A stretch of DNA of 64,000 nucleotides from Centroscyllium fabricii (GCA_051313645.2 JBNRSN020000002.1:478392001-478456000); one strand, 5' to 3'; counted from the first letter of the stretch, positions 1 to 13,429 are shown. Notes: generated by a model not told the origin, from the letters alone. Numbers and translations are program-made.

Positions 1-993
1 CATGCAGCCAGTCTCCTGTACAGTGAGGAGGAAGATAAACATAATCGGGTAGTTAGAGAGGAACTCTAGGAGGGGTCTGGAGAGAATACCTACGATACTT
101 GGCTTGGAACAACCCAAAAACAAGAGGAGAAACTAAAATGGAAAAGAAAGACTGCATTATAACGAGCTTATCGCAAACCTTCTCATCGCACTGAAGGCTT
201 GTTATAATCAGCAGAGGAGCTCAAACCTCATTAAGAGGAAACCCCGATAAAGAGCTGCTTTGTCAATCCTAAATTGGTAAGAAATGATTACTACATCCAA
301 GCACACTGTGCTGTGCACGCTATATTAAAGCATAATGTGCTGTAGCCAGAGAATTTCAATAAAAAATACTCAAGTATAAATAGAGCACTTTGTAAGAATT
401 ATTCTTGTGTATGGCATTCTTGAGGAACCTGAATAATGATTATGTACAGTCATTGGCGAGGAATACGGTTATTTCAATGCAAATCGCATCACAATTCGTC
501 TTTGCATTATCTTCCAGCCAGTACCCTGATAACATCAACACTACCCACATGTACCCCGATTACATCTACACAATTATACACATTCACAGCAAGGAAACTG
601 ATGTCTTTCAAAACCAACACCGATGATGGGTCTTTGGCACAGCACCATGGTTGGTATAAAGGGACCTTTCAACGGTCAGTTCCCCCGGCGTCAAGAAGGC
701 CAGTCTGTTAGCCGCTGGACACAAACTGTCCGAAACCAAAATCTCCTCACAAATATATCACATGGCTGTCGCAGTAGCATCCTGTGGCACTATTCATGAG
801 GAAAGCACATCAACTAACACACAATGGACCACACAGCTGATGTCCCATTGCTCAAGTACAAAACAAATCTCTCGCCCTGTAACCTTCTTTCTGCTTATTT
901 CCCGTTCACTATTTCTTTTCTATCCCTCTTTCAATCTTCTATTGTCTTTCGCAGGCTGTGGCGCACTGTTCAATATATCACGGTCAGATTGTA

Positions 994-1524
994 CAGGTTG
1001 GGCACCGTTAATCCGGCACCCGAAAAACTGGCAGCTTCAGACGTCCGGCACAGACTTCCCCGAGTGGTCGGCGCATGCGCAAAATGGCCGCTGCGCTCTG
1101 CGCATACGCAAAATGGCCATCGCACTTCGCTGCGCGTGCCCGGGCCTTCCCGAAGGATGAGCGCATGCGCAGGCTGAAGCTTCAATGTTAAAACTAAAGT
1201 TTCCTCCCAACCCACAAAAGGTGTGGCGTCTGGCCGCATAGTTTGTTAGCTTTCAATTTTGAAACTGAGGCAAGATGCATTTACAATGGAACAGAATTAC
1301 TTTCTGTAAATTTATAAAGTCTACCTTGGCATTGTCCCAAATGATCCTGGGCCTCCCCGAACTTTGAGCGAATGCGCAGACCGTTCAAAATGGCCGCCGG
1401 CCTTTCGCGGCGGCCAATTTGAATGGCCTGTGCATGCGCTCGGCAAAGCTTCAATCATTCGGAGTTTTCACAAATTCGGCACGGCCCTGGTCCCGACCGT
1501 GCCGGATTAACCATGCTCAACCTG
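994..1524. mobile_element. Tc1/mariner (Tigger/pogo-like) MITE with ~160 bp non-element insert
   Basis: TA|CAGGTTGGGCACCGTTAATCCGGCAC...GCCGGATTAACCATGCTCAACCTG|TA. Confidence 0.85.
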
Positions 1525-3051
1525 TACTGGTTTCATGCTCCCCTCAGTCCTTCTGCCTTGACACTCAGCGCCTCCACCCACCCCACAACCGACCTGGTTA
1601 TGCAGCCCCTCTCTGAAGGAGTGCTGCACTGTCAGAGGTGCTGCCTTTCGGATGAGGCATTAAACCGAGGCTCCATCTGCCCTCTCAGGTGGACGTAAAA
1701 GATCCTATGGGCACCATATTGCTTAGACAACTCAAATCGCATGCATGTTCTTTAACTCCTGGCAGGAGGTCAAAGAAGACAGCGACCAATTTCAGGAGAA
1801 ATGCAGAAGTTCCTTCCCGACACCCCTAGACAATTCAGTAAACTCCAGGAGCCGACATTACCTATGATGCATCGCTAAACAGGCTTGTGGTGGGCTCTTA
1901 TTCCACTAGTTTATCGTCAGTGCAAAGTGAAACCGCTTCACTCCAACACTACAGTTGTAGCGTAAATGGAACTTTAAACGAAACCACTCCTGCTCTCTTT
2001 CCCATCCCCCCCAAACGTGTCCCAATTTTCTTAGGAATACAGGACTGGAAACAACCACCTCTATCCGTCGAGCTTGTCCCAAAAGTCATGAACCTCTTAC
2101 CCTGCTTCAGCCTCAGGCCAATTGAGCCTATTTGACCCAATGGGGCTCACAGGGGGCCCCACACCCATTACTTGAAAGTCCAGACTCAAACCCCTAACAC
2201 CTTCAAACCAAACCTGTGTCTTATTCTTTTGAGCGCAAAAAGGCACCAATCAATAATTAGTCTAGGGTAGAAATGCAGCCATGCACAACATGACTCATTA
2301 TAGCAACCCTGAAGGAGATCTGGATCACTTGACTTTCACATTGATGCGAAGCTATCATACTGGACGCTGACTTGAGTTTAGCCAGCCGTGTGTGATGTGT
2401 AATATATTGCTTAGGTTCCACCCTGGTCCAAATTAGGCCCTGCAATTGCTGAGGCCGGCCCTGTTGCTTCACCTCCTATGCCCCTCAAAAGCTCCATCAA
2501 AAATGCATGGATCGGTCTTAAAATGTATACGCCCCTCTGCTTCCATAGCCTCCCCGTGTTCCGCATGTTTACTGCACTCAGCTGTATACTCACCTTTTCC
2601 CCTCGAAGTCAGAGTCCGTTTACTCTTGCCCGGAGGCTTGTGTTAATATTTAACATCTGGGACCCAGTTTCTCAATTCCACTGATGATTTAAATCACTTC
2701 AGTAAAGTCACCCCTCAGCTGCCATTTTTTCAATGTAAACCATAGTCTTTCCTCAAGGTTTAGATGCCCCAATACCATTTATCAACAGTTGTCCTTCTTT
2801 GTACGTCCCCCCCACCCCCACCCCAAGGCCAGCATGTCACCAACCCCTTCATACAGTCCCAGATCTGTACACAATACTCAAGGTAGGGCCAAGACCAATG
2901 CTTCCTGGGACGTGCGCTCTATTCCTCAAGCTATACATCCCAAGTTTCCATTTGCCTTTTTTCACACCCGCTGCATATCGTGCTACCTACTTTTCCACTC
3001 AAACCTGCAGATCACACTCCTGTCCCGTCTCCTGTAGAAGGTTCCCATTTA

Positions 3052-3576
3052 CAGGAAACTCTACATTATCCGGCACCTAAATATCTGGGATTCTCTACCA
3101 ATCGTCAAAATTCTCGCTCTGAAAACACCACCTCAATAACCGGCAATGTTGCCGAGACCGAGACCAAGTCTCCTGCGGTGGCCGAGTCAGTCAATCGGGA
3201 TAGTTCTCCAAACTGCCACTGCTCGGATTCTTGGCGCTGTCTGAAGTCGGAAGAACTCAAAAACCCTGCGACAGAAGCCTGACTCTCCCACGCTGCCGGT
3301 AGCTTCTTCTGATCCGCCATTTTACAGGGGTACAGTACTGTACTGTGTGTCTCCCACCCTCAACTGGCAGTACTGTACTGAATCAAGCATCTTCCACCAT
3401 CCATTTAACACAACATTCTGTAGGCGAGTACCCAATTACTGTATACTGCACATTTCTTGATTTTTAAAATTTTTCTTTGTTAAAAAAAGCCTCAGTAGAT
3501 AACTCTGTTATCCGGAAATTTTGATAAACTGGCAACACGCCGGTCCTGTCGGCACCGGATAATAAAGAGTTTTTTG
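3052..3576. mobile_element. MITE, CAGGAAACTCT-TIR subfamily
   Basis: TA|CAGGAAACTCT..TATCCGGCACC, degenerate right TIR; closely similar to 61273-61799. Confidence 0.8.
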
Positions 3577-4235
3577 TGTTCCTACCGTTGGTTTCCCAGT
3601 TCCCTAGCCTCACCTCTCCCACTTTATTGTCCAAACCCTGCCAAACCTCACCAGATCTCTACGGTAACTGGTCCGCCAGTCACCGACAATCTACAGCCCC
3701 TCCCAGTTAGGTATCAGCAACCTTGGTCAGCGTTGTCCCTGGCTCTGAATAATTAAAAAGTACATAAAAAACAAGAGGCCTCAGAACCAACCCCCGTGGT
3801 ACTACACTAGCCCCCCTCTTAAGAGTCATACCAGCACAGAAGGAGGCTATTCAGCCCATCAAGTCCGTGCCAGCTCTTTGCAGAGCAATCCAGTCAGTCT
3901 CATTACCCCGCTCTATCACCCTAAGCCCTGCAAGTTGATTTCCCTGAAGTGCTAGAGACCCGGGTTCAAATCCGGCCTCGGGTACTATGTGTGTGGAGTT
4001 TGCACATTCTCCCCGTGTCTGCGTGGGTTTCCTCCGGGTGCTTCGGTTTCCTCCCACAGTCCAAAGATGTGCGGGTTAGGTTGATTGGCCAGGATAAATT
4101 GACCCTTAGTGTTAGGGGGATTGAATATGTGGGGTTACAGGGATAGGGTGGGATGTGTGTCGGTGCAGGCTCGATGGGCTGAAATGGCCTCTATCTGCAC
4201 TGATGGGGATTCTATGATTTTATTCTATGATTCTA

Positions 4236-4633
4236 AGTGCCTATCCAGTCTCCCCTTGAAAACATTGAGTGTTTCCGCTTCCACCACTCCAGTCGGCAGC
4301 GAGTTCCAGGTCCTCACCACTCACTGCGTTAAAAAGTTTTCCCTCACACCCGCCCCCCACCCCCCGTATCTCTTGCCCAAAACCTTAAATCTGTGTCCCC
4401 TAGTCCTTGTACCATCAACTAGTGGGAACAGCCTTTCCCCGTCTAGTCTATCCAAACCCGTCATAATCTTGTGGTACACCTCGATCAAATGACCCCTCAA
4501 CCTCCTTTGCTCGAATGAAAACAAATCCAGCTTCTCCTAACCTGTCCTTGTAGCCAAGATCCCCCCCATCCCTGGAACCATTCTGGTAAATCTCCTCTGC
4601 ACCCTCTCGAGAGGCTTCACATCCTTCCTAAAG
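4236..4633 (-). mobile_element. CR1 LINE 3' fragment
   Basis: LFSFEQRRLRGHLIEVY..TRGH. Confidence 0.8.
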
Positions 4634-5519
4634 TTCATATAGATGGCGCTCCTGCAGCAGTCCTTTGCATCCTCTGACTCACTTCAGTTAGGCCTCCATT
4701 TCAAAAGCCTCCCTCCTAATCCAATGCCTTTCTACGTTATCATTTCCCATGTGGTAACGTTACGTGCTGAACTCGAAGATTATTAAATCTACTGAACGCC
4801 TCTCATCTTCATATCCTCAAAGAACTAGCTTTGCCCAGCATGATCTGCCATCGGCAAACACTTGCTGACAACGCTTCAATCAATCGATGACTACCCTGCT
4901 GCTTCACTATTATCTCGTTTAAGATGATATCGAATTTGCCCAATGACTGATGGCAATCTCATGCTCTGTAGTTCGCAGGGTTATCCTTTTCCTAAATTAG
5001 CACATTTGCCTCGATCCCCAGCACCCCCCCACCCCCCGCCCCGTATCTAGCGACTGCCATAGATTATGCGTCAAGATGCGACTGATCTCAGTTGCCAGCT
5101 CCTTTGATACTCGTATCGGGACCGGGTGTCTTGCCCATTTTTAGTGAACCATGCAGAAATAGTTCTTACAGGAAAACAAAAAGTCTTTCAAAGGGTATAA
5201 TTACTCCCAAAAATACACACCTCGTGCTACATACACAGATACACACACACTAGCTTGTCAGCTTTCTTCAAATCTATTTCAGGCATTCAATCAATACTGA
5301 AAATATTACAACTCAAACTATCTACAGCATTTACTGAGGGGTGCAATTTATAATTGTCAAGTTACATAGAAAATAGGAGTCGTCGGCCATTTTACCCCTC
5401 GAGCCTGCTCTGCCATTCCATGAGATCATGGCTGATCATCCAAATTCAGTGTCCTGCCCCTGCTTTCTCCCCAGGTCCCTTTAGCCTTAATAAATATATC
5501 TAACTCCTTCTTGAATATA

Positions 5520-5950
5520 CAGGTTGAACACTGATTAACCGGTAACCGAAAAGCCGGAACTTCAGTCGTCCGGCATAAATCGCCCCAACTGCCCTGCGCA
5601 TGCGCAAAATGGCCGTCACGATCGATGCTTTGGCGAATGATCTGCGCATGCGCAGATCATTCAAAATGGCCACCGGAAGTTTTGAATGATCTGCACATGC
5701 GCCGAACGGTGAGCGCATGCGATCATTCAAAACTTTGCGGCGGCCATTTCACATGATCTGCGCATGTGCTCGCCGCCGCATGTGCAAATCACTGAAAACT
5801 TTGCGGCGGCCATTTCCAATGTCATGCGCATGTGTGTGGCCATTTTGAATGGTGCGCGCATGCGCACTGGCCAGCTTCATTCTTCTGGTTTTTTCGCTAT
5901 ACCGGCGCAGGCCTAGTCCCGCCCGTGCTGGTATAACGGTGTTCAACCTG
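5520..5950. mobile_element. MITE inserted into a CR1 with TA target-site duplication
   Basis: CR1 motif gaatatatttaatga is split as gaataTA[CAGG..CCTG]TAtttaatga. Confidence 0.88.
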
Positions 5951-6656
5951 TATTTAATGAATTGGCCTCAACTGCCTTCTGTGGTAGAGAATGCCATAGG
6001 TTCACCACTCTCTGGGTGAAGAGATTCCTCCTCATCTCTGTCCTAAATGGCTTACCCCTTATCCTAAGACTGTGACCCGTGATTCTGGACTCCCCGCCAT
6101 CGGGAACATCCTTCCTGCATCTAGTCTGTCCAGTCCTGTTAGAATTTTATAAGTTTCAATGAGGTCCCCTCTCATTCTTCTGAACTCCAGCAAGTATAAG
6201 CCCAATTGACCCAATCTCTCTTCATACGTCATTCCTGCCATCCCAGGTATCAGTCTGGTGAATCTTCGCTGCACTCCCTCTTTGGCAAGAACATCCTTTC
6301 TCAGATAAGGCGACCAAAACTGCACACAGTACTCAAGGTGTGGTCTCACCAAGGCCCTTGCAGTTGCAGCAAGACATCCTTGTTCCTGTACTCAAACCCT
6401 CTCGCTATGAAGGCCAACATACCATTTGCCTTCTTAACCGCCTGCTGCACCTGCATGTTTACCTTCAGCGACTGGTGCACAAGGACACCCAGGTCTCTTT
6501 GCACTTCCCCTTCTCCCAATCTATTGCTATTCAGATAATAATCTGCCTTCCTGTTTTTGCCACCAAAATGGATAACCTCGTATTTATCCACATTATACTG
6601 CATCTGCCCAATCTCCCAACCTGTCTAAATCATACTGGAGTTTCTCGGCATCCTCC

Positions 6657-7378
6657 TTCAATTCAATTCAAGTTTTATTGTCATTGCAGAGTACTAGTAC
6701 AATACAACGAGACGAAGACTTGCCGCTCCAGAGAGTAGTACAAATAATTTATATACAATTGCATCCAGTGAAGTATATTTCAGGTGTGCAGGTACCGGAG
6801 TTTTTTGTTAGAGTTCAGGAGGCTGACAGCCCTGGTGAAGAAGCTGTTCTGGAATCTAGTCGTGCGGGTGCGAATTGATCTGTAGCGTCTCCCGGAGGGC
6901 AGGGGGGCGAACAGACTGTGGCTGGAGTGTGTGGGCTCTTTAATAATGTTCTGAGACCTCCGTAGGCAGCGTTTGAGGTAGATGCATTCAATTGATGGTA
7001 GCTGGGTGCCGGTGATTCGTTGGGCAGTTTTGACTACCCGCTGCAGGGCCTTCTGGTCCGAGATGGTGCAGTTTCCATACCAGACAGTGATGCAGCTTGT
7101 CAGTATGCTTTCTATTGTGCAGCGGTAGAAGTTGGAGAGGATGCCGGATGACAGCTTGGCTTTTTTCAGCTTCCTTAGGAAGTACAGGCGCTGTTGGGCC
7201 TTCTTTATCAGAGAGGAGGTGTTTAGTGACCAGGAGAGGTCTTCCGAGATGTGGACCCCGAGGAACTTGAAGCTGGACACCCTTTCCACCTCAGCCCCTT
7301 GGATGAAAATAGGGGTGTGTCTTCTGCTTTCAGTCTTCCGGAAGTCCACTTTGATCTCCTTAGTTTTCTTGGTGTTCA
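6657..7378 (-). mobile_element. Rex1/Babar LINE 3' fragment (RT C-terminus) with (AATTG)n tail
   Basis: ORF KTKEIKVDFRK..FKFLGVHISEDLSWS..FYRCTIESILT; interrupts a CR1. Confidence 0.85.
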
Positions 7379-7919
7379 CACAGCATACACGCCCACCCAG
7401 CTTTGTGTCATCTGCAAACTTGGAGATATTGCATCTAGTTCACTCATCTAGATCATTAATATATATTGCGAATAGCTGGGGTCCGAGGACCGATCCCTGT
7501 GGTACCCCACTAGTCACTGCCTGCCACTTGGAAAAAGACCCGTTTATTCCAACTCTCTGCTTCCTATGTTATCAAATGAAGGCTGCATCAAGGCAGATGC
7601 CCAATGGTATGGACAAAGTAATAACCCTTTGTTGAGTTATTAAAAGTACTGGGTAGTCTCCGGTAATTAACAACAAAAATTTAAGTATCAGCTAAAAGTG
7701 CAATCACCGGTGTCAATGAGAAAGCCCAGGAGAGAGACCGTAACGTGCAATACCCACCATGAGCACACAATCACTAAAATCAGCAACTTATTACATTAGT
7801 CACATCATCCACATTGCATAGACATTCTTACCAGAGCAAGACTTGAATGACTAATTGGAGTGAACTGGGCTGCACGTCACTAACCTCATTGTAACACGTG
7901 AAAAGAAAGGCTTTCATTT

Positions 7920-9420
7920 GAACATAAGAATAAGACGTAGGAGCAGGAGTCGGTCATTCGGCCCCTCGCGCCTGCTCCGCCATTCAATGAGATCATGGCC
8001 TCAACTCCACTTCCCTGCCCGCTCCCCGCGACTCCCTTATCGTTCAAAACTCTGTCTATCTCCACCTTAAATATATTCACTGACTCCGCCTCCACAGCTC
8101 TTTGGGGAAGAGAATTCCAAAGATTCACGACCCTTGGAGAAGAAATTCCTCTTCATTTCCGATTTAAAAGGGTGACCCCTTATTCTGAAATTGCGCCACC
8201 TAGTTCTAGATTCCCCCTCGAGGGGAAACATCCTCTCAGCATCTACCCTGTCAATCCCCCTCAGAATCTCTTGTTTCAATAAGATCCCCGCTCATTCTTC
8301 TAAACTCCAATGAGCAGAGGCCCAACCTGCTAACATAAGAAATAGGAGCAGGAGTTGGCCAATCGGCCCCTCGAGCCTGCTCCGCCATTCAACAAGATCA
8401 TGGCTGATCTGATCCTAACCTCAATTCTATTTTTACTTTTTAATTTTTTTAAACTAACAATTTAAATAGCGCCTTTCAGAACCTCAGGACATCTCAAAGC
8501 GCTTTACAGCCAATGAAGTACTCTTTGAAGTGTAGTCACTGTTGTAATGCAGAAAACGCAGCAGCCAATCTGCACGCAGCAAGCTCCCACAAACAGCAAT
8601 GTGTTAAATGACCAGATAAGAGCATAAGTAGGAGCAGGAGTCGGCCATACGGCCCCTCGGGCCTGCTCCACCATTCAATAGGATCATGGCTGATCCGAAC
8701 TTAGACTCACGTCCACTTCCCTGCCCGCTACCCGTAACCCCTTATTCCCTCATCAGCTAGGAAACTGTCTATCTCCATTTTAAATTTATTTAATGTCGCA
8801 GCTTCCACAGCTCTCTGAGGTAGCAAATTCCATAGATTTACTACCCTCTGAGTGAAGAAGTTTGTCCTCATCTCAGTTTTGAAAGGGCAGCCCCTTATTC
8901 TCAGATTATGCCCCCTAGTTCTAGTCTCACCCATCAGTGGAAACATCCTCACCACATCCACCCGATCAAGCCCCCTCACAATCTTGTTTTGATTAGATCA
9001 CCTCTCATTCTTCTGAATTCCAATGAGTAGAGGCCCAACCTACTCAACCTTTCCTCATAAGTCAACCCCCTCATCTCCGGAATCAACTGAGTGAACCTTC
9101 TCTGAACTGCCTTGACGGCAAGTATATCTTTTCTTAAATATGGAAACCAAAACTGTACGCGGTATTCCAGGTGTGGCCTCACCAGTACCCTGTATAACTG
9201 CAGCAAGACTTCCCTGCTTTTATACTCCACCCCCCTTGCAATAAAAGCCAAGATTCCATTGGCCTTCCTGATCACCTGCTGTACCTGCATACTAACCTTC
9301 TGTGTTCCATGCACCAGGACCCCCAGATCCCTTTGTACTGTATCATTTGACAGTTTCTCTCCATTTAGTTAATAACTGGCTCTTCGATTTTTTTCTGCCA
9401 AAGTGCGTAACCTCACAAAG
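7920..9420 (-). mobile_element. Cluster of CR1 3' fragments with SINE pieces
   Basis: RPHLEY..RGDLI..TRGH..FFTQRVVNLWN motifs. Confidence 0.8.
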
Positions 9421-9727
9421 TGCATAATCTGTTTTTAGCGCTGTTGATTAAGGGATAGATATTGGCCACGGCCCTGAGCAGCACTCCCTCAGTACTGCAC
9501 TGCGAGTGCCAGCCTAGATTTTCTAAAGTTTCTGGAGTGGGACTTGAACCCACAACCTTTCAGAGTGCTGCTCACTGAGCCACAGCCGACACTACTCGAA
9601 CTGCCCAGTGAGGAAATGGCCCCGAATGTCACTAACGGCAACGGTGCTGGTCTGTCCCAGCAGCAGGCAATTGGCAGCAGGAAGCACCAAGGGGAGTCTA
9701 GAAACGCACGACACATCAATTACTCAC

Positions 9728-9767
9728 GGAAGGAGTGAAGATTTTCACCACACATGTACTCGAAGCA
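9728..9767 (-). pseudogene. SNX27: SNX27-like exon 10, 3' half, with internal deletion
   Basis: TGC TTC GAG TAC ATG TGT GGTGA/AAATC TTC ACT CCT TCC|gtgagt = CFEYMCG..KIFTPS versus [20 protein letters not shown]; donor retained. Confidence 0.75.
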
Positions 9768-10808
9768 GATCATAGTGGACTTCCGGAAGACTAAAGGCGG
9801 AAGACACACCCCCATCCTCATCCAAGGGGCTGAGGTGGAAAGGGTGTCCAGCTTCAAGTTCCTCGGGGTCCACATCTCGGAAGACCTCTCCTGGTCACTA
9901 AACACCTCCTCTCTGATAAAGACTGGCTGATATGTTGGAACACCTTTGATTGCTTTGATGTCCCTCAGCTGAGGTGTGATGTGAAACAGCTGGAGAGACC
10001 ACATTGTTATCTCTCTCTATATATATGCTATGTATGTTTAAATGAAACTCTTAAAACATGTTAATACGCCTTTGTGTGTCTATCTCTGCTAAGGTAGGAT
10101 GTGGGAGATATCGGATTTCTCCCATCGTCCCATATGTGCGTTCTTTAAGTCAGTCTCTCTTTCATCTGACGAAGGGGCAAAAGCTCCGAAAGCTTGTGAT
10201 TTAAAATAAAACTGCTGGACTATAATCTGGTGTTGTGTGACTTCTTGCATCTGATAAAGAAGGCTCAACAGCACCTGTTCTTCCTAAGGAAGCTGAAAAA
10301 GGCTAAGCTGACATCCAGCATCCTCACCAACTTCTACCGCTGCACAATTGAAAGCATACCGACAAGCTGCATCACAGTCTGGTATGGAAACTGCACCATC
10401 TCGGACCGGAAGGCCCTGCAGCGGGTAGTCAAAACTACCCAACGAATCACCGGCACCCAGCTAACATCAATTGAATGCACCGACCTCAAACGCTGCCTAC
10501 GGAGGTCTTGGAACATTATTAAAGACCCCACACACCCCAGCCATAGTCTGTTCGCCCCCCTGCCCTCCGGGAGACGCTACAGATCAATTCGCACCTGCAC
10601 GACCAGATTCAAGAGCAGCTTCTTCCCCAGGTCTGTCAGTCTACTGAACTTTAACAAAAAACTCCAGTATCTGCACACCTGAAATGTACTTTATTGCATG
10701 CAACCCATGTAACTTATTTGCACTACTCTCGGGAGCGGCGAGTCCACATTTCGTTGTATTGTACTAGTACACTGCAATGACAATAAAATTGAATTGAATT
10801 GAATTGAA
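9768..10808 (+). mobile_element. Rex1/Babar LINE 3' fragment splitting SNX27-like exon 10
   Basis: Same family as 6657-7378; (AATTG)n tail; nested Penelope fragment. Confidence 0.85.
9923..10250 (+). mobile_element. Penelope-type terminal repeat fragment with hammerhead core, inserted in Rex1/Babar
   Basis: Flanked by a ctgataaaga duplication; contains CTGACGA-aggggcaaaagctcc-GAAA; sisters at 18480-18845, 21591-21930, 50899-51110, 62498-62873. Confidence 0.7.
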
Positions 10809-10871
10809 CCACCTCCTCATTTGTGTCCCACTGGTGCATCTCCTCCCCCGCTCAAACATGATCACCTGGTT
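10809..10871 (-). pseudogene. SNX27: SNX27-like exon 10, 5' half (FERM-like domain), frameshifted
   Basis: Reads NQVIMFE[cgg gg, +2 frameshift]EEMHQWDTNEE versus SNX27 NQVIAFEWDEMQRWDTDEE; no AG acceptor; abuts the Rex1/Babar tail. Confidence 0.8.
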
Positions 10872-11039
10872 TACACAGCTATGACCAGTCTGCCACTGCA
10901 GCCATGCGTTCACTCACCGTCCCCAACGACTCCTCCCGCTGCTCGCTCCTTCCAGACACTGAATCATATTTTACTACGTTTAAAAGGCGCTACATAAATG
11001 GCAGGAGTTGTTGTAATTGGCATCGAGCCCCAAGCTCAC

Positions 11040-11232
11040 CTTTCTCCAGATACTCCTCCAGGCCTCGCCGCCTGGCATCCAGCTGCTGCTCGGAGAGCGA
11101 AAATGGCCACTTCCTCGGGAGTTTCGGGAAATGGAAGTCGGAAAATTCCCTCTTCAGGTTCTGCTGCAGGATCGTGAACTCGCGGAAGCGTCGAGAGCAG
11201 AGCTGCCGTCCAGCCATGTAAATGTTGAACAC
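11040..11232 (-). pseudogene. SNX27: SNX27-like exon 3 (PX domain)
   Basis: tag|GTG acceptor, AAAG|gtgagc donor; 193 bp; [64 protein letters not shown]; in frame with exon 2. Confidence 0.93.
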
Positions 11233-11747
11233 CTAAATCAAAAGTAGCAGCATCAGGTCAGAGATTGCTCGAACAGTTCAAAAAGGGAATAGGGAATAGG
11301 GAAACAGCTTTTAAGCGTCAGCCAGGGGTGGCAGAGAGAGTAGAATCTCGTCTTAGTCCGAAGGTCGTGGGTTCAAATCCCACTCCAGTTACTCAAGCAC
11401 ATAATCCAGGCTGACCCTCCAGTGCAGTACTGGGGAGTGCAGCACTGTCGGAGGCACCGTCTTTTCAGATGAAACGTTAAACCGAGGCCTTGTCTGCCCT
11501 CTCATAAAAGATCCCATGGCACTATTCAAAGAAGAGCAGGGGATCTCTCCTGTTATTTATGCCTCAAGCATCATTTTTTTTTTTAATGGATAATCTTGCC
11601 ACATATCTCATTGCTGTTTGTGGGACCTTGCAGTGCATAAAATGGCTGCCACATTTTCCGACATTACAACAGTCACTACACTTCAAAAGTACTTCATTTC
11701 GTTGGGAAGCACTTTGGGAACATCCCGAGATTGTAAAAATTACTATA

Positions 11748-12076
11748 CAGGAAACTCTCGATTTACCGGCACCTAAATAACCGGAAATCTCTGTTAACCG
11801 GCAAAATTCGGGAGTAGGTTCAGTTGAAGTTTTACTTCATATTAGTGGCCGTTCTTGCGTGTGTGGCTGTGTAACCGGGGTTCCTGCACCTGTTGCTAAG
11901 CAACATGGAAGCCTGAATTTGTAGCCGCGGTTCTTGCACCTGTTGCCAAGCAACAGGGAAGCCTGGATTTGTTGCCGTGTATGGGGGCTCTCGTACTTTT
12001 TAACTATAACTCTCTGTAATCCGGACTTTTTGATAAATCGGCACCACGCCGGTCCCGGATTGAAAAAAGTTTCCTG
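11748..12076. mobile_element. MITE, CAGGAAACT subfamily
   Basis: TA-flanked TIRs; inverted sister copy at 12624-12996. Confidence 0.8.
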
Positions 12077-12623
12077 TATAAATAAAAGTCCTTTCTTTTT
12101 TTAATCTTAAGGAAACTCATTTAATTCAGCAAGTTATCCCAAACTCTAAATTCTTCTAGAGTCAGTGAGACTATTACTTCTATCCCCACATCCCTCCCTA
12201 GGTTTTTATTTTTTTTATTTTTTTTAAAGCCTCCTGAAAATCCTTGGCCTTGCCCCCAACCTTTGTTGGCTTTCTCCCTTCTGCTTCTGATTTTTCTTCC
12301 ACTTTGTGAAGTGACTGTGCACGCAAGCACGATAGAAATACAGGTGTGTCGAGCAGCAAGTGTTGAACAGCCACCAACCTGCTCGGGTGCTGATGAACAA
12401 CGATGGCCCAGGAAAGCTCACTCAGGCGGGCCGTTGATGCAACATTCATGAAGCCGCGGGCCAACAACCGACGTCGTGACTTCAACTTCGGTCACAGCAA
12501 GTTGTGAAACTGAATGAAATACATCTGGTAAAACATGACCAGAATAAAATGACCCTGAAAGCTGCTGGTTGTCAAAATAGTGGGAGCTTGCTGTGCACAA
12601 ATTCACTGCCATGTTTCCGACTA

Positions 12624-12996
12624 CAGGAAACTCTCTTATCCGGGACCGGCGTGGTGCCAGTTTATCAAAAAGTCCAGATTACAGAGAAGTATAGTAAAAG
12701 GTACGAGAGCCCCGTACACGGTCACAGATCCAGGCGTCCCTGTTGCATAGCAACAGGTGCAGGAACCCCGGCCACAGATCCAGGCGTCCCTGTTACATAG
12801 CAACAGGTGCAGGAACCCCGGCCACAAGATCCAGGCATCCCTGTTGCATAGCAACAGGTGCAGGAACCCCGGTTACATGGCCACAGGTCCAGGAACGGCC
12901 ACTAATATGAAGTAAAACTTACCTGAATCTACTCCTGAATTTTGCTGGTTAAGTGAGATTTCTGGTTATTTAAGTGCCAGTAAATCGAGTTTCCTG
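12624..12996. mobile_element. MITE, CAGGAAACT subfamily with internal ~47-bp repeats
   Basis: TA-flanked TIRs; three tandem gatccaggcgtccctgttgcatagcaacaggtgcaggaacccc units. Confidence 0.8.
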
Positions 12997-13429
12997 TACC
13001 TTACAACAGTGACTACCATTCAAAAAGTACTTCATTGGCTGTAAAGTGCTTTGGGACATCCTGAGGTTGTGAAAATCAAAGTCTTTCTTTCTTTTCACTG
13101 GTTCACTAATATCCTACCCGGTCAGGTCGACACTTGATTCCAACCCACGCCTCATGGGTTGACTCTTGGGAGCCCTCGGGACAACTAGGGCAGTAAATGC
13201 AGCCTTGCCCATACCCCAAGAGCAAACAGGAAGGTTGTGCCAAGAATTGGGTTATTTCAGGATTTTTGTTGCTAAATCGTCTGTACAAAAATCCCATCAA
13301 GTGGCAATGGCCAGCAGTGCCCAGCTCGCTCGCTGTATTGAATATACACAGAGCGAGGCCAAATTTGTAAACCCAGTCCTGGGCTTTCCAACAAGGAATA
13401 GCCAACCGGTGAAAGAACCAACTACTCAC

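Larger units (their letters stand above)
5365..7565 (-). mobile_element. CR1 LINE fragment interrupted by a MITE and a Rex1/Babar
   Basis: [31 protein letters not shown]; continues at ~7390-7565. Confidence 0.82.

Noticed and set aside
10918-10958. Possible SNX27 exon 4 (cag|TG...ACG|gtgagt)
   Set aside because: Wrong length and translation (VSGRSEQREESLGT) does not match exon 4
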